Shown here: positions 28,103-37,610 of the stretch, piece after piece
Layout: each line of letters begins with the position of its first letter
Numbering within the stretch: position 1 is the stretch's first letter
NCBI GenBank assembly: GCA_031553685.1
Contig: JAVBLE010000033.1
Coordinates: 1 to 43,412, forward strand
Direction: 5' to 3'
DNA length: 43,412 nucleotides
Source of the DNA: Paludibacteraceae bacterium
GTDB taxonomy: Bacteria; Bacteroidota; Bacteroidia; Bacteroidales; Paludibacteraceae
Program-made: the position numbers and the translations under genes
Notes under the pieces: generated by a model
What the model was told of the DNA's origin: nothing
Seen by the model: the letters and a program-made list of their open reading frames with translations, nothing else
Database searches by the model: none

Positions 28103-29790
28103 TATTGATAATAAAATGTAAGTATATGTGTAAAGCCAATTACTTCCGAAGCCTTTATTTCTTCTTGTTCTATAGTTCCTTTTTCGCGAAGAATATTAAT
28201 TTTTATAGGCTTGTCATCAATTTTAGTAATAACTGACCAATGGCAATATCCTTGAAGGTGTTCTGCTATTTTACCCATATTGCCCTTGTCTAATGATAGC
28301 CATTCTTTTATTAAAATATCCGCATCTTTGGTTGGATAAGAATTGTGGTGTGTAATAATAACTTGACTTACAAAAAAGTCGTCATCTGTAGTGCGTTTGT
28401 ATTCAACAGATATTTGCCTTTTGTCAGGTGTATTACTACGCTTTTGTATTTCTTCAAAAATTGTTTCCAAAGCCGCTTTAAATTCACCTACATGTGTGTA
28501 GAAATCGGCTTTTGACAATTTCATTGTTTTTATATCAAAAGTGTTTTCAGAAAACACTTTATTGATAAGTGTTTCTAAATTAGGTGATTCAATACGGGTA
28601 GTTCGTCTAAAATCTTTTATGACTTCTGCAAATTGAGTATGTCTTATTGGATGCAATTTATTGCTTTTCGTTTCTTTCCATTCCGCAGATGACCATGCAT
28701 TTGTAATTTCTTTGGCATTGTATTGATTGTTAAAAATAGTCAATTTTGATTTTTGCTCAAATGCAAATTGAGTCAATAAGTCTTTTAAAGTTTTGGGTAT
28801 TTCTAGTTGATCAAAACTTTCGGTACAAACTTTTCTTGCTTGTGCTAAAAATGAATCCATATCAAAATCACCGTTTTCGTCAAAATCGTGTGTTAGGTAT
28901 TTCAATCCATCACGCTGATTGAATAGAGACATAAATTGAGCTACATCTTTAGGATTGCCTTTTTCTCCACGCATAATGGCTTTCTTGAATTGTAGCTCTT
29001 CAATTTCTTTCTCAAGATTGGCTATATCCTGCTTAAATTCGTCTATCTGTGTTTCTAATTTCAATATTTGTTCATCTATCTGTTCATATTTACTTTCATC
29101 TTGTAGCATTTCTTCTTTGATTGGAAGAATTCTGCTAAACCTGCTCCATTCACGAGCATTCTTATAGGCTCCTAAACTTGATTCTGGAACATACAAAGGA
29201 AAGTTATAAAAATGATATGATTTGTCATTTTTACGAAATGTTTCAGAAGATATAATTTGTGGAGTACTTCTTCTATTAATAATATATGCAAGATTCGCAT
29301 TGTTATAAAACAAGTTTTTACCAAGTGATTCTACGCTTTCAGGTATTGTAATAGTTGTCAGAGAAACACAACCCCAAAAAGCACCTTCGCCAATTTTTAT
29401 AATACTATTAGGCATTTCAACAGTTTTTAATCCAGAACACTTATTGAAGGCATATTCTCCAATAGTTACTACACTATTGGGAATTTCAATGGATTCCAAT
29501 CCCGAACAATTCATAAAAGCACCATACTCAATATTATTAACAGTATTAGAGATAGATACAGATGTTACCCCCATACAATCTAAAAATGCTAATTGCCCAA
29601 TATTTAAAACTCCTTGATTTACTATTATTTTTGTAATATTCTTGCCATACCAAGGCACCTTACTACTATTGAAAAAATCTCTCATTTTCCCTTCTCCACT
29701 AATAGTAAGTGTAGTGCCATTGAGTGAAGCAATTACATCACTTGCATTTTCAGTTCCACAATCCCAAGTTTGTATATTTGTATTTTTCAT
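28102..29790 (-). CDS. BspA-type leucine-rich-repeat (LRR_5) protein with central coiled coil and an unassigned roughly 300-aa C-terminal domain
   Basis: ATG at 29790 (MKNTNIQTW). Repeats IEIPNSVVTIGEYAFNKCSGLKTVEMPNSIIKIGEGAFWGCVSL. Coiled coil YEQIDEQILKLETQIDEFKQDIANLEKEIEELQ. The TTG-started extension to 29835 is unlikely. Confidence 0.65.
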   Translation of the reverse strand: MKNTNIQTWDCGTENASDVIASLNGTTLTISGEGKMRDFFNSSKVPWYGKNITKIIVNQGVLNIGQLAFLDCMGVTSVSISNTVNNIEYGAFMNCSGLESIEIPNSVVTIGEYAFNKCSGLKTVEMPNSIIKIGEGAFWGCVSLTTITIPESVESLGKNLFYNNANLAYIINRRSTPQIISSETFRKNDKSYHFYNFPLYVPESSLGAYKNAREWSRFSRILPIKEEMLQDESKYEQIDEQILKLETQIDEFKQDIANLEKEIEELQFKKAIMRGEKGNPKDVAQFMSLFNQRDGLKYLTHDFDENGDFDMDSFLAQARKVCTESFDQLEIPKTLKDLLTQFAFEQKSKLTIFNNQYNAKEITNAWSSAEWKETKSNKLHPIRHTQFAEVIKDFRRTTRIESPNLETLINKVFSENTFDIKTMKLSKADFYTHVGEFKAALETIFEEIQKRSNTPDKRQISVEYKRTTDDDFFVSQVIITHHNSYPTKDADILIKEWLSLDKGNMGKIAEHLQGYCHWSVITKIDDKPIKINILREKGTIEQEEIKASEVIGFTHILTFYYQ

Positions 29791-29816
29791 AAATAAATTG
29801 GTTTTAAAAGTTTTTA

Positions 29817-29867
29817 TTTTTGTTTCACACTGCAAAACTACAAGTTATCTGTGCATTCTTTCTGCAC
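29817..29867. promoter_or_regulatory. 51-bp direct repeat copy 1 (TTTTTGTTTCACACTGCAAAACTACAAGTTATCTGTGCATTCTTTCTGCAC) in the promoter region of the LRR/REC/HEPN operon
   Basis: 47 of 51 nt identical to 30161-30211. It lies 27-77 nt upstream of the operon ATG. Confidence 0.6.
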
Positions 29868-29892
29868 TGTTATGATTTTATGTAGCGAATCT

Positions 29893-30039
29893 TTAATTTT
29901 CATCGTTATCTTCGTCATAATCATCGTCATCATAATCCCGCTCATTCAAGGAATCCAAATATTTGTCTTCCAAATAATCCATGTAGTCTTGTGGATCAGA
30001 AAATCCATCATCCATCATTAAGTCTGAAAATCCGCTCAT
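29893..30039 (-). CDS. 48-aa highly acidic peptide (MSGFSDLMMDDGFSDPQDYMDYLEDKYLDSLNERDYDDDDYDEDNDEN)
   Basis: Translated by hand from the minus strand. It is below the 60-aa cutoff of the ORF track. It sits between the two 51-bp direct repeats, with a nested hairpin (30060-30135) upstream. Confidence 0.35.
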   Translation of the reverse strand: MSGFSDLMMDDGFSDPQDYMDYLEDKYLDSLNERDYDDDDYDEDNDEN

Positions 30040-30160
30040 AGTGTTTGTTTTTAGAGGTTAAATTAAGCCAACCGGAAGGATTAAAATCAAATCCGCTATG
30101 GGAAAGATTTGATTTTACGCGATTGGCTTAATTAAATGTTTTTATAATTCTTGTTACTTG

Positions 30161-30211
30161 TTTTTGTTTGACACTGCAAAACTACAAACTATCTGTGCAC
30201 TCTTTCTGCAC
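30161..30211. promoter_or_regulatory. 51-bp direct repeat copy 2, 53-103 nt upstream of the WYL regulator gene
   Basis: TTTTTGTTTGACACTGCAAAACTACAAACTATCTGTGCACTCTTTCTGCAC. Confidence 0.6.
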
Positions 30212-30263
30212 AAATGTAAGAAATATTTTGTTCCTTTGTATTGGACTGAAAAATAAATAAATT

Positions 30264-31283
30264 ATGGCAACCAATAAAAATGCACAAGCTCGTTACAGGA
30301 TACTTGATAATTGTTTTCGTAATAATGGGCGAAGATATTTTATCGAAGACTTAATTTCGGAATGTAATAAAAAATTGGCGGAAATTGACCCCGATTCTAA
30401 AGGTATCAGTCGCCGACAGATTTTTGATGACATTGCGTTTATGGAAAGTTCCGAAGGTTGGGAAATTGATTTATTAAGAGAAAAAGATGGGAAAAGGGTG
30501 TATTATTGTTATGCTGATACTTCTTTTTCTATCAACAATATGCCATTGACAGAATCGGATATTAACCGATTACAAACCGCACTGCAAACCTTTTCACAAT
30601 TCAAAGGGATGCCTCAATTTGAATGGATGTATGAGCTTTTGCCCAAACTGAAACGGGGAAGTTCTGATGTGTATTCTCCCGAGATTATGGAATTTGAGAC
30701 AAATCAGGATCTAAAAGGTATTGAACATATCGGTACGCTTTATGATGCCATCCTTTATAAAAAAACATTGAGAGTTGATTATCTGCAATCATTTAAAGAT
30801 AAATTGCAACTAATCATTCATCCATACTATTTGAAACAATACAATACCCGGTGGTTTTTGTTCGGTTGTAATTCTGAAAATGGGAAATATGATTGGAATC
30901 TTCCATTGGACAGAATCATTGATATAAAAGAAATTCATAAACCATATATTCCTAATACGGTAATTGATTGGAATGAATATTTTGATGATATAATAGGAGT
31001 AACAAAACCGGAAAGTTCCGGAATAGAAGAAATCACACTCCATTTTTATGGAAAAACAGGACACTATATTGAGTCAAAGCCAATTCATCCTTACCAAAGG
31101 CACAAATGGTTAAGCTCAGAAATACTTGAGGTTAACTTGGAGTTAATTATTAATTACGAACTAGAACGGCTTATTCTATCGTATGCCGATAGTGTAAAAG
31201 TGATTCAACCTCAGTCTTTAGTTGAACAGATAAAAGAACGCTTATCTAAAGGTGTTTATCAATATGATTCACCTATCTATTAA
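30264..31283 (+). CDS. wHTH-WYL-WCX transcriptional regulator (BrxR/CapW/PafBC-like)
   Basis: WYL domain signature IIHPYYLKQYNTRWFLFGCNSENGKYDWNLPLDRIIDI, preceded by an N-terminal HTH region (YRILDNCFRNNGRRYFIEDLI). It is divergent from the LRR/REC/HEPN operon. Confidence 0.78.
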   Translation: MATNKNAQARYRILDNCFRNNGRRYFIEDLISECNKKLAEIDPDSKGISRRQIFDDIAFMESSEGWEIDLLREKDGKRVYYCYADTSFSINNMPLTESDINRLQTALQTFSQFKGMPQFEWMYELLPKLKRGSSDVYSPEIMEFETNQDLKGIEHIGTLYDAILYKKTLRVDYLQSFKDKLQLIIHPYYLKQYNTRWFLFGCNSENGKYDWNLPLDRIIDIKEIHKPYIPNTVIDWNEYFDDIIGVTKPESSGIEEITLHFYGKTGHYIESKPIHPYQRHKWLSSEILEVNLELIINYELERLILSYADSVKVIQPQSLVEQIKERLSKGVYQYDSPIY

Positions 31284-31302
31284 ATTAGCATTCCATAGTT
31301 GC

Positions 31303-31329
31303 AGTTATTCGGATTTTCCGAACAACTGA
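31303..31329 (+). terminator. Hairpin CAGTTATTCGGATTTTCCGAACAACTG 20 nt after the WYL gene stop
   Basis: Same TTCGGAwwTTCCGAA palindrome type as the tandem array at 6934-7222. Confidence 0.45.
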
Positions 31330-31501
31330 CAGTTCATTCAATTTTCTTCAAAAAATTATTTTGACAAATACTTACCATGCTCTTATTGTTTTGTGCTTTT
31401 TTAGGTATACATGTCAAAAAAGGTTGCTAAAACTAATCTTTAACGCCATTGCAAAAGCAGTTTCAGTTTTATAAATTGAAACCGTTTTCAATTTTATTAA
31501 T

Positions 31502-32148
31502 ATGAATAAAAAAAATGCTGGGTTTGTGGTAGTTCCTCTGTCATCAAATGGGGAACTCGTTGTGGAAAACAACGGTTTAAATGTAAAGAATGCGATGCTC
31601 TGACAACATGGACAAACAAAGGAGTTTCATCATCTAATCGTTTTATATGGTTTCGCCGTTGGATTGTAGGGAAACAAACTTTTCCCGAATTAGTTTCTCA
31701 AAGCGGTTATAGAGTACAGATGTGTCAATTCCATCAAATAAAGATTATTCAGCGTTATTTAACAAAGAAGCCTGATTTACAGGCAGGCAAAGAGTTGTTA
31801 GAACTTGTCAAGTTATTGACTCAAACGGATAAAGAAAGTTTTCTTCTCAGCTTTGCTTGCTGGCATGAGAAATGGGATGAATTTTTGCGAGAACGCTCAA
31901 AGGACAGGCTAACTGGAAAGACTCATTATATTCATAAAAGATTGCGAAGTGCCTATTTGAGTTTAAAACATAATATGCCTTATTTGTGGACTTGGTCTGA
32001 TTATATTCAGATAGGAATACCCAATACCAATAATGTTTTGGAAGGGAAGTTTGCCGATTTAAAAACCAAATTGAGGAATCATAACGGACTATCCAAAAGA
32101 ACTCGTGAGGTCTTTATTGATCACTACTTTAAACAAACATTCCGTTAA
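31502..32148 (+). mobile_element. IS1595/IS1016-like transposase gene with a frameshift in an A8 run (probable pseudogene or slippage site)
   Basis: ATG at 31502 (MNKK) is in frame 2. Immediately after the A8 run (31508-31515), frame 1 encodes the zinc ribbon CWVCGSSSVIKWGTRCGKQRFKCKECD, continuing into the 31720..32148 ORF (...NVLEGKFADLKTKLRNHNGLSKRTREVF...). One extra A would fuse the frames. Confidence 0.6.
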
Positions 32149-32186
32149 ACTCTCGGTGGAATATTCCACCGAGAGTTTAACGGAAT
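32139..32186. repeat. 48-bp perfect palindrome (ATTCCGTTAAACTCTCGGTGGAAT | ATTCCACCGAGAGTTTAACGGAAT) spanning the transposase stop codon, followed by two 22-bp direct repeats (32188-32209, 32229-32250)
   Basis: Read directly. Confidence 0.8.
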
Positions 32187-32294
32187 CTCATCCTCACTTT
32201 TGAACATTAGTGTAAATCAGGTGCGTTTTCATCCTCACTTTTGAACATTAAACCGCCTTTTTACATTACTTTTGAAGAATATTGAAAACTGGAA

Positions 32295-32434
32295 TTTTAC
32301 ACAGAGGAAAATGTATTTTGTTTAAAAATATTCAATTGATAATAAGGCTGTTAGTTCGAACATTCGCTTAGAGAAAAATGCAGAGTTTCCCAGAAGCTGA
32401 AAAATCGAAGATTTTTCTATTCTCTGTGTAAAAT
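32295..32434. mobile_element. MITE-like element with perfect 12-bp terminal inverted repeats TTTTACACAGAG, related to 6551-6819
   Basis: Shares the core hairpin GAAAAATCGAAGATTTTTC and the AGTTCGA motif with the 6.5-kb copy. Confidence 0.5.
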
Positions 32435-32455
32435 AAATATAAACAAACTTTACCA

Positions 32456-33235
32456 ATGAAAATAAAAACACACATATTGCTTGCTTTTCTATTGGCTATT
32501 TCACAAACTATTTTTCCGGTCGAAATCGAAAAGGCGGAATTAGACCAAATCGGCGAAAAAATTTTTAAAAACGAGTGTGCCGGCAATAAAGAATACTTGG
32601 TTTTTTGGAATAAAAATGAAAACTTTCCATCGCTCGGTATCGGGCATTTCATCTGGTATCGGGAGGGACAAACCGAAATTTTTGACGAAAGTTTTCCGAA
32701 ACTGATTGAGTTTTATAAGTCGAAAAATGTCAAACTGCCTTGTTTCTTGAAAAAAAACAAAACAGCTCCGTGGGCTTCGCGCGAAGATTTTATGCACGAC
32801 AAGGAAGCAGGAAAACTCAATGAGTTGCGCGATTTCTTATACAATACAAAGGACACGCAAATACTTTTTATTTACCAACGATTGGAAGCATCGTTGGATA
32901 AAATGCTGCAACAATCAAACAATAAAGAAAATGTGCGGGCACAGTTTTACCGAGTGTCGCAATCGCCAAACGGCATGTATGCTTTGATCGATTATGTCAA
33001 CTTCAAGGGCGAAGGCATCAGTGAAAAGGAACGGTATAATGGGGCAGGGTGGGGGCTGCTTCAAATATTGGAATATATGCAGGGCACAGAAACAGGCAAA
33101 GCGGCAACCAACGAATTTGCTGCCGGTGCAAAGTTTGTTCTCGAACGCCGTGTGCGCAATTCCGACCCAAAAAAGAACGAACAACAATTTCTTGCCGGAT
33201 GGCTCAAAAGGGTAGATACCTATAAGCTACCTTGA
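32456..33235 (+). CDS. Secreted hypothetical protein
   Basis: Signal peptide MKIKTHILLAFLLAISQTIFP; no motif recognised. Confidence 0.55.
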   Translation: MKIKTHILLAFLLAISQTIFPVEIEKAELDQIGEKIFKNECAGNKEYLVFWNKNENFPSLGIGHFIWYREGQTEIFDESFPKLIEFYKSKNVKLPCFLKKNKTAPWASREDFMHDKEAGKLNELRDFLYNTKDTQILFIYQRLEASLDKMLQQSNNKENVRAQFYRVSQSPNGMYALIDYVNFKGEGISEKERYNGAGWGLLQILEYMQGTETGKAATNEFAAGAKFVLERRVRNSDPKKNEQQFLAGWLKRVDTYKLP

Positions 33236-33347
33236 GTTAAAAACTAAATTTCTGTTATCAAAATGACTATTGAAAGCTGAAAATTTGTATTTTTGTCATC
33301 TTTGCAATATCCGGCAATAGCATAGTTGCGAATAAAATATTGAATTC

Positions 33348-34316
33348 ATGCCAAAAACCAAATATCATTTTAATCCCGAAACCCTTAGCTACGAGAAGGT
33401 AGACCAATCGTTCAAGAGCCGCTTGAAACGGTTTTCGATACACTTCCTCACCAGTTTCTTTCTGGGGATAATTTTCTTCCTGATATTTGTGTTCTCGGTC
33501 GAATCGCCTTACCAAAAGAACCAGCGCAAAGAATACAACAAAGTGGTGTCGCAATACAAAGTGCTTAGCAAACAGTATGATCAGGTACAAGAAGTGCTTA
33601 CCGACCTGCAAGAGCGCGACAACAACCTGTACCGCGTAGTTTTCCAAGCCGACCCAATCCCGCTCGCCGTGCGCAAAGGCGACTATTCGGCTACTAACCG
33701 CTACGACTATATTACTGATTTTACCAACAATGAAATTGTGCGCAACACCACACAGAAGGTAGATGAAATTCGTCGCCAGATTTATATCCAGTCCAAATCA
33801 TTTGACGATATAGTTAATTTGGCAAAAAACCATGAGAAAATGTTGGAGTGTATGCCTGCTATACAGCCCGTTCAGAATAAAGATCTTAAATACATGGCAT
33901 CCGGTTTCGGTATGCGCATCGACCCGGTGTATCACACGCCGAAATTTCATGCAGGAATGGACTTTACCGCACCTACCGGAACTAAGATTTTTGCCACCGG
34001 CGATGGTGTAATCAGTTTTGCCGATTGGCGCCAAGGTTATGGAAACTGTGTAATGGTTGACCATGGTTTTGGTTACGAAACGCTTTATGGGCACATGGAG
34101 AAATTCAATGTGCATGCAGGGCAAAAGGTAAAACGCGGCGATGTAATCGGTTTTGTAGGCAGTACCGGAAAATCTACCGGACCGCACCTGCACTACGAAG
34201 TGCATTACAAAGGGCAAATCATGAATCCACAAAACTATTATTTCCAAGACCTTTCGCCTGAGGATTACGATAAGATGTTGCAAATCACCAATAACTCTGC
34301 ACAAGTGTTCGATTAA
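33348..34316 (+). CDS. M23 family metallopeptidase (EnvC/NlpD-like) with N-terminal TM and coiled coil
   Basis: FHAGMDF...GYGNCVMVDHGFGYETLYGHM...GSTGKSTGPHLHYEV (HxxxD and HxH zinc motifs). Confidence 0.88.
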   Translation: MPKTKYHFNPETLSYEKVDQSFKSRLKRFSIHFLTSFFLGIIFFLIFVFSVESPYQKNQRKEYNKVVSQYKVLSKQYDQVQEVLTDLQERDNNLYRVVFQADPIPLAVRKGDYSATNRYDYITDFTNNEIVRNTTQKVDEIRRQIYIQSKSFDDIVNLAKNHEKMLECMPAIQPVQNKDLKYMASGFGMRIDPVYHTPKFHAGMDFTAPTGTKIFATGDGVISFADWRQGYGNCVMVDHGFGYETLYGHMEKFNVHAGQKVKRGDVIGFVGSTGKSTGPHLHYEVHYKGQIMNPQNYYFQDLSPEDYDKMLQITNNSAQVFD

Positions 34317-34357
34317 TGTCTGACCGTTGAACTGATTTATTTTGTAGAAACCGCACA

Positions 34358-36613
34358 ATGAAAAAATCGTTAGAAAATACGACTACAAAGGAAGATGCAC
34401 TCATTCAGGAACAATATTATTACCTGATTGAAGATTATAAAAAATCGGGACACCGGCTCGATTTCGAATTGGTGGACAAAGCTTTTCAATTTGCCAACAA
34501 AGCGCATCAAGGCGTCAAACGCCGTTCGGGCGAACCGTATATGTTGCATCCGTTGGCGGTGGCGCGCGTTGTGGTGCGCGAAATCGGGTTGGGAACTACT
34601 TCTATTTGTGCCGCCTTGTTGCACGATGTAGTCGAAGACACCGATTATACCGTCGAAGATATCGAAAACCTTTTTGGCAAGCGCATCGCATTGATTGTAG
34701 ATGGATTGACCAAGATTGCCGGAGGCGTATTTGGCACGCAGGCATCCTCTCAAGCCGAAAATTTCCGCAAACTGCTGCTCAGTATTTCCAACGATGTGCG
34801 GGTGCTTATGATAAAAATAGCCGACCGCCTGCACAACATGCGTACGCTGAGTTCGATGCCGCCCGCCAAACAATATAAAATTGCCGGCGAGACACTATAT
34901 ATATATGCGCCACTTGCTTACCGTCTCGGACTTTTCAAAATAAAAACCGAACTCGAAAATCTCAGTTTCAAGTACGAGCATCCGGATACTTACGGAGAAA
35001 TTGAACGGAAACTGAACGAAGGTGAAGAAAAACGCGAAGAAGTATACACACGCTTTATCACCCCGATAGAACAGCGCTTACGCGAAAAAGGATATGAGTT
35101 TCAAATAGAAAAGCGGGTGAAAACGCCGTATTCCATTTGGAACAAAATGCAAACAAAACACATCGAATTTGAAGATGTGTATGACCTTTTGGCAGTACGG
35201 ATTATCTTCAAACCGCGCGAAGACATTTCCGAAAAAGAGCAATGCTTCATGATTTATACCACCATCACCAGTTTCTACATGCCGCATCCCGACCGCACGC
35301 GCGATTGGGTGAGCCAGCCTAAGGCAAACGGTTATGAAGCCTTGCATTGTACGGTGATGGTGCCTGCGCATGGAAAAGATGTAGGGCAGTGGGTCGAAGT
35401 GCAAATCCGCAGTGAGCGCATGCACGAAATTGCCGAAAAAGGGCTTTCGGCGCATTGGAAATACAAAGTCGGAGGCGAAGAGGCACAAGAAAACGAACTT
35501 GATAACTGGCTCAAAACCATCAAGGAAATTATCGAAAATCCTGAACCGGACGCACTCGATTTTTTAGACACCTTCAAACTCAATCTTTTCTCGACCGAAA
35601 TATTTGTATTTACGCCCAAAGGCGATATTCGCGTGCTTCCGCAAGGAGCTACCGCATTGGACCTTGCCTTTTCGCTGCACTCAGATCTGGGCTTGCACTG
35701 TATTGGGGCAAAGGCAAATCACAAACTAATTCCTCTTAGCCAAGCCCTCAACAGTGGCGATCAGGTGGAAATACTTACTTCCGACAGCCGTTTTCCCGAG
35801 TCCGAGTGGTTGAGCTATGTAACCACAGCGCGCGCCAAATCACGGCTGAAACAATATTTCCGCAAGGAAAACAAAGCCCTTATCAACAAAGGAAAAGAGA
35901 TGATTGAAAAGAAATTTGCCGACATGGGTATCCCTTTCAATCAGGAAAACGGGCAGTTGTTACTCGATTATTTTAAAGTAAAAGAAAAAATAGAATTTGC
36001 GCTCGATGTAGCTTCCGGTAAAATTAGTTTGCAAGACATTGAAAAGACTGTATTTAAACTGAAAAGCAATGTGGGTTGGCGCAATTTCTGGGGCTTGCAG
36101 TTTGGTTTTGGCAAAAGCGACAGCAAAGAAAGCGGTGCAATGCCTAAAATAGACCGCAAAAAAACAGTTAAACTCACCGATGATGTACAAGGCAAAATAC
36201 CTTATGTCATAGCCGATTGCTGTAATCCGATACCCGGCGACGATGTGCTTGGCTATGTCGATAACGACGAAACAATTATTTTACACAAGCGGCAATGTCC
36301 GGTAGCCGTGCAACTAAATGCAAAATTCGGTGAACGCATTATTTCTGCCGAATGGAAAAGTAAGAAAATCCTTTCCTATATTGCCACGCTCGAAATAAAA
36401 GGATTTGACACACAGGGAATATTAATGAAAATACTGAAAGTGATTTCGGAAGACTATGCCGTAAATATTCAGAAAATAAATATCGAAGCCAAAGATGGTG
36501 TGTTTTCAGGGCAATTTAATATCTTTGTGCACAATACCGAAGACCTCAATATTTTATGTGCAAAAATAGCTACCATACCGGAGGTCAAATCAATTAAACG
36601 ACTGGAAGACTAA
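34358..36613 (+). CDS. relA: Bifunctional (p)ppGpp synthetase/hydrolase, RelA/SpoT family
   Basis: HD domain HDVVEDT, the synthetase domain, and TGS and ACT C-terminal domains. Confidence 0.93.
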   Translation: MKKSLENTTTKEDALIQEQYYYLIEDYKKSGHRLDFELVDKAFQFANKAHQGVKRRSGEPYMLHPLAVARVVVREIGLGTTSICAALLHDVVEDTDYTVEDIENLFGKRIALIVDGLTKIAGGVFGTQASSQAENFRKLLLSISNDVRVLMIKIADRLHNMRTLSSMPPAKQYKIAGETLYIYAPLAYRLGLFKIKTELENLSFKYEHPDTYGEIERKLNEGEEKREEVYTRFITPIEQRLREKGYEFQIEKRVKTPYSIWNKMQTKHIEFEDVYDLLAVRIIFKPREDISEKEQCFMIYTTITSFYMPHPDRTRDWVSQPKANGYEALHCTVMVPAHGKDVGQWVEVQIRSERMHEIAEKGLSAHWKYKVGGEEAQENELDNWLKTIKEIIENPEPDALDFLDTFKLNLFSTEIFVFTPKGDIRVLPQGATALDLAFSLHSDLGLHCIGAKANHKLIPLSQALNSGDQVEILTSDSRFPESEWLSYVTTARAKSRLKQYFRKENKALINKGKEMIEKKFADMGIPFNQENGQLLLDYFKVKEKIEFALDVASGKISLQDIEKTVFKLKSNVGWRNFWGLQFGFGKSDSKESGAMPKIDRKKTVKLTDDVQGKIPYVIADCCNPIPGDDVLGYVDNDETIILHKRQCPVAVQLNAKFGERIISAEWKSKKILSYIATLEIKGFDTQGILMKILKVISEDYAVNIQKINIEAKDGVFSGQFNIFVHNTEDLNILCAKIATIPEVKSIKRLED

Positions 36614-36710
36614 TTAGAATTACTGTAAAAAATGAGACAATAAAATCATTGAACCGGAGGTCACGCCAACGGAAATGATGATTGAATCTTTAAATATTTG
36701 TTAAGATTAT

Positions 36711-37478
36711 ATGGAAAATGAGAAAATGGTGTTGCGCACCGAAAACCTGGTGAAATCTTACGGCAAAAGAACCGTTGTAAGCCATGTATCTATCGATGTA
36801 AAACAAGGAGAAATTGTAGGATTGCTCGGTCCGAACGGCGCCGGCAAAACCACTACTTTTTATATGACCGTTGGGCTGGTTACACCCGAAGAAGGAAAAA
36901 TATTTTTGGATGAAAAAGATATCACCAAATATCCCGTTTACAAGCGTGCACAAAGCGGCATTGGATACTTGGCACAAGAAGCTTCGGTTTTTCGTAAAAT
37001 GAGTGTGGAAGATAATATCAAAGCCGTACTCGAAATGACTAAATTCAGCAAAGAGTATCAACGCGAAAAATTGGAACTGCTTATTGAAGAATTTCGCTTA
37101 GATCATGTACGCAAAAACTTGGGAGACCAGTTGTCGGGAGGAGAGCGCCGCCGTACCGAGATAGCCCGTTGCTTAGCCATTGAACCCAAGTTTATCATGC
37201 TTGATGAGCCGTTTGCGGGAGTTGACCCGATTGCGGTACAAGACATCCAGGATATTGTGTGGCAATTAAAAGAAAAAAACATCGGTATCCTCATTACCGA
37301 CCACAATGTGGACGAAACACTTTCGATTACCGACCGCGCATATCTTCTTTTCGAAGGAAAAGTATTGTTTCAAGGCTCTGCCGAAGAATTGGCAGCAAAC
37401 CAAGTTGTGCGCGAAAAATATCTCGGTCGCGATTTTGAACTGAAACGCAAAAGACAAGCCAGTGAATTGACAATTTGA
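36711..37478 (+). CDS. lptB: LPS export ABC transporter ATP-binding protein LptB
   Basis: Walker [10 protein letters not shown], signature LSGGERRR, Walker [11 protein letters not shown]. Confidence 0.88.
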   Translation: MENEKMVLRTENLVKSYGKRTVVSHVSIDVKQGEIVGLLGPNGAGKTTTFYMTVGLVTPEEGKIFLDEKDITKYPVYKRAQSGIGYLAQEASVFRKMSVEDNIKAVLEMTKFSKEYQREKLELLIEEFRLDHVRKNLGDQLSGGERRRTEIARCLAIEPKFIMLDEPFAGVDPIAVQDIQDIVWQLKEKNIGILITDHNVDETLSITDRAYLLFEGKVLFQGSAEELAANQVVREKYLGRDFELKRKRQASELTI

Positions 37479-37548
37479 CAATTTACCAATTGACAATTTT
37501 GTCTTTTGAATTGACATTGTTAAATTAATATAGTTTTATAGTTGTTGT

Positions 37549-37610
37549 CATTGCGGGATTGACCCGCAATCCCCCACTGATAGAGAGATGCTGAATCAAG
37601 TTCAGCATGA
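37549..37610. repeat. Second copy (reverse orientation) of the hairpin element found inside alaS
   Basis: CATTGCGGGATTGACCCGCAATC ... ATGCTGAATCAAGTTCAGCAT; its reverse complement aligns base-for-base with 12846-12912 around GGGGATTGCGGGTCNANCCCGCAATGA. Confidence 0.5.

Noticed and set aside
28102-29000. Possibility that the C-terminal domain of gene A is a histidine kinase (HisKA/HATPase_c) partnering the two REC domains
   Set aside because: I looked for the H-box and the N/G1/G2 boxes. ITHHNSYP and DKGNMGKIAEHLQGY do not fit the H-box or N/G1/G2 consensus convincingly. The domain is left unassigned.
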